Source: Lytechinus pictus (Eukaryota). Taken from it: a stretch of DNA of 64,000 nucleotides. Below are positions 63,370 to 64,000 of the stretch, one piece after another; within the stretch, counting starts at the first letter, position 1; the number at the start of each line of letters is the position of its first letter. Location of the stretch: positions 31,868,001 through 31,932,000 of the forward strand of contig NC_087245.1 of assembly GCF_037042905.1 (NCBI RefSeq), written 5' to 3'. A model generated the notes under the pieces. It was not told the origin of the DNA. It saw only the letters and a list, made by a program, of their open reading frames with translations, and ran no database searches. Both the position numbers and the translations under genes were made by a program.

Positions 63370-64000
63370 TCTCCTGTCTTCCAGAGACTTCTCACTGTCC
63401 TTCCCAATTCAGTTGTGGTACTTCTGAGTTCTGTAATGACATTTAAGAAGAAAAAAAATATTTTAACTCTATACAGCAATTAGTTTTTGTGTCAAATTTT
63501 GAAATGCAAAGGTTTTTCATATTGTAATATGAATGATTTGTACTGATAGTAATCAATTTTATTTACATCACATTCACTGTTAACCTTAAGATGGGCTAGC
63601 TTTTGTGGCTACTCCATGGCCAGATGGTTGTATACATGTACCCAACCCTTGCCCCCCCCCCCCCCAAAAAAAAAAAAAAAAAAAAACCTGCAGCTGAACG
63701 AGCACAAAATTTCAACAATGGTAATGTGAGATGTATTCTGCAAAGCGATTTTGCTTACTTTTCTAAACTAAGACAAGGCATAACATAAGTGATTTTGTGT
63801 CTCGCCCACTTATGAAAATAACCAGAAATATCATGATTTGCAAGGGCACGCAATATATATAATTATTATTATAATAATTATTTATAATCACGTATCAAAT
63901 TTTAGTATTTGTTAGATAATAATTTGTATCTATAAATTGTTCTTCAAAACGGCATTTTGTAACATCACTAATCGCAGGTACGTACTGTAACAAAGCGGTT

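Overview
AT-rich, repeat-dense animal genomic DNA with one 174-N assembly gap. The repeat landscape suggests a marine invertebrate deuterostome, probably a sea urchin; this is inference, not a database result. One host coding feature is supported: the first coding exon (47060-47296, +) of a GABA-B-receptor-like class C GPCR, with a signal peptide, the start of the Venus-flytrap domain and a phase-0 GT donor. I could not recognise exon 2 in the remaining ~16.7 kb. The rest is intergenic or intronic. It holds a 5'-truncated CR1/L2-group LINE with a disabled RT ORF (40.4-42.4 kb), three tandem arrays (72-bp, 42-bp and 33-bp units), many non-autonomous DNA transposons (CMC/EnSpm-, Harbinger-, Kolobok-, hAT-, Tc1/mariner-, ISL2EU- and Crypton-like, several nested), tRNA-derived SINEs and microsatellites. 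Most notable: (1) a 169-bp TSD-flanked retroposon at 63201-63369 with a 7SL/Alu-like head joined to a Deu-domain-like body, a candidate 7SL-derived SINE outside the lineages where I know them; (2) a minimal type-I hammerhead ribozyme fused to a perfect 59-bp fold-back at 31623-31717, a Penelope-like signature; (3) a 1816-bp higher-order repeat inside the 72-bp satellite; (4) an inverted pair of related ~33-bp arrays. There is no CRISPR array, rRNA or intact tRNA gene, and nearly all ORF-track entries are spurious. All alignments were made by eye.
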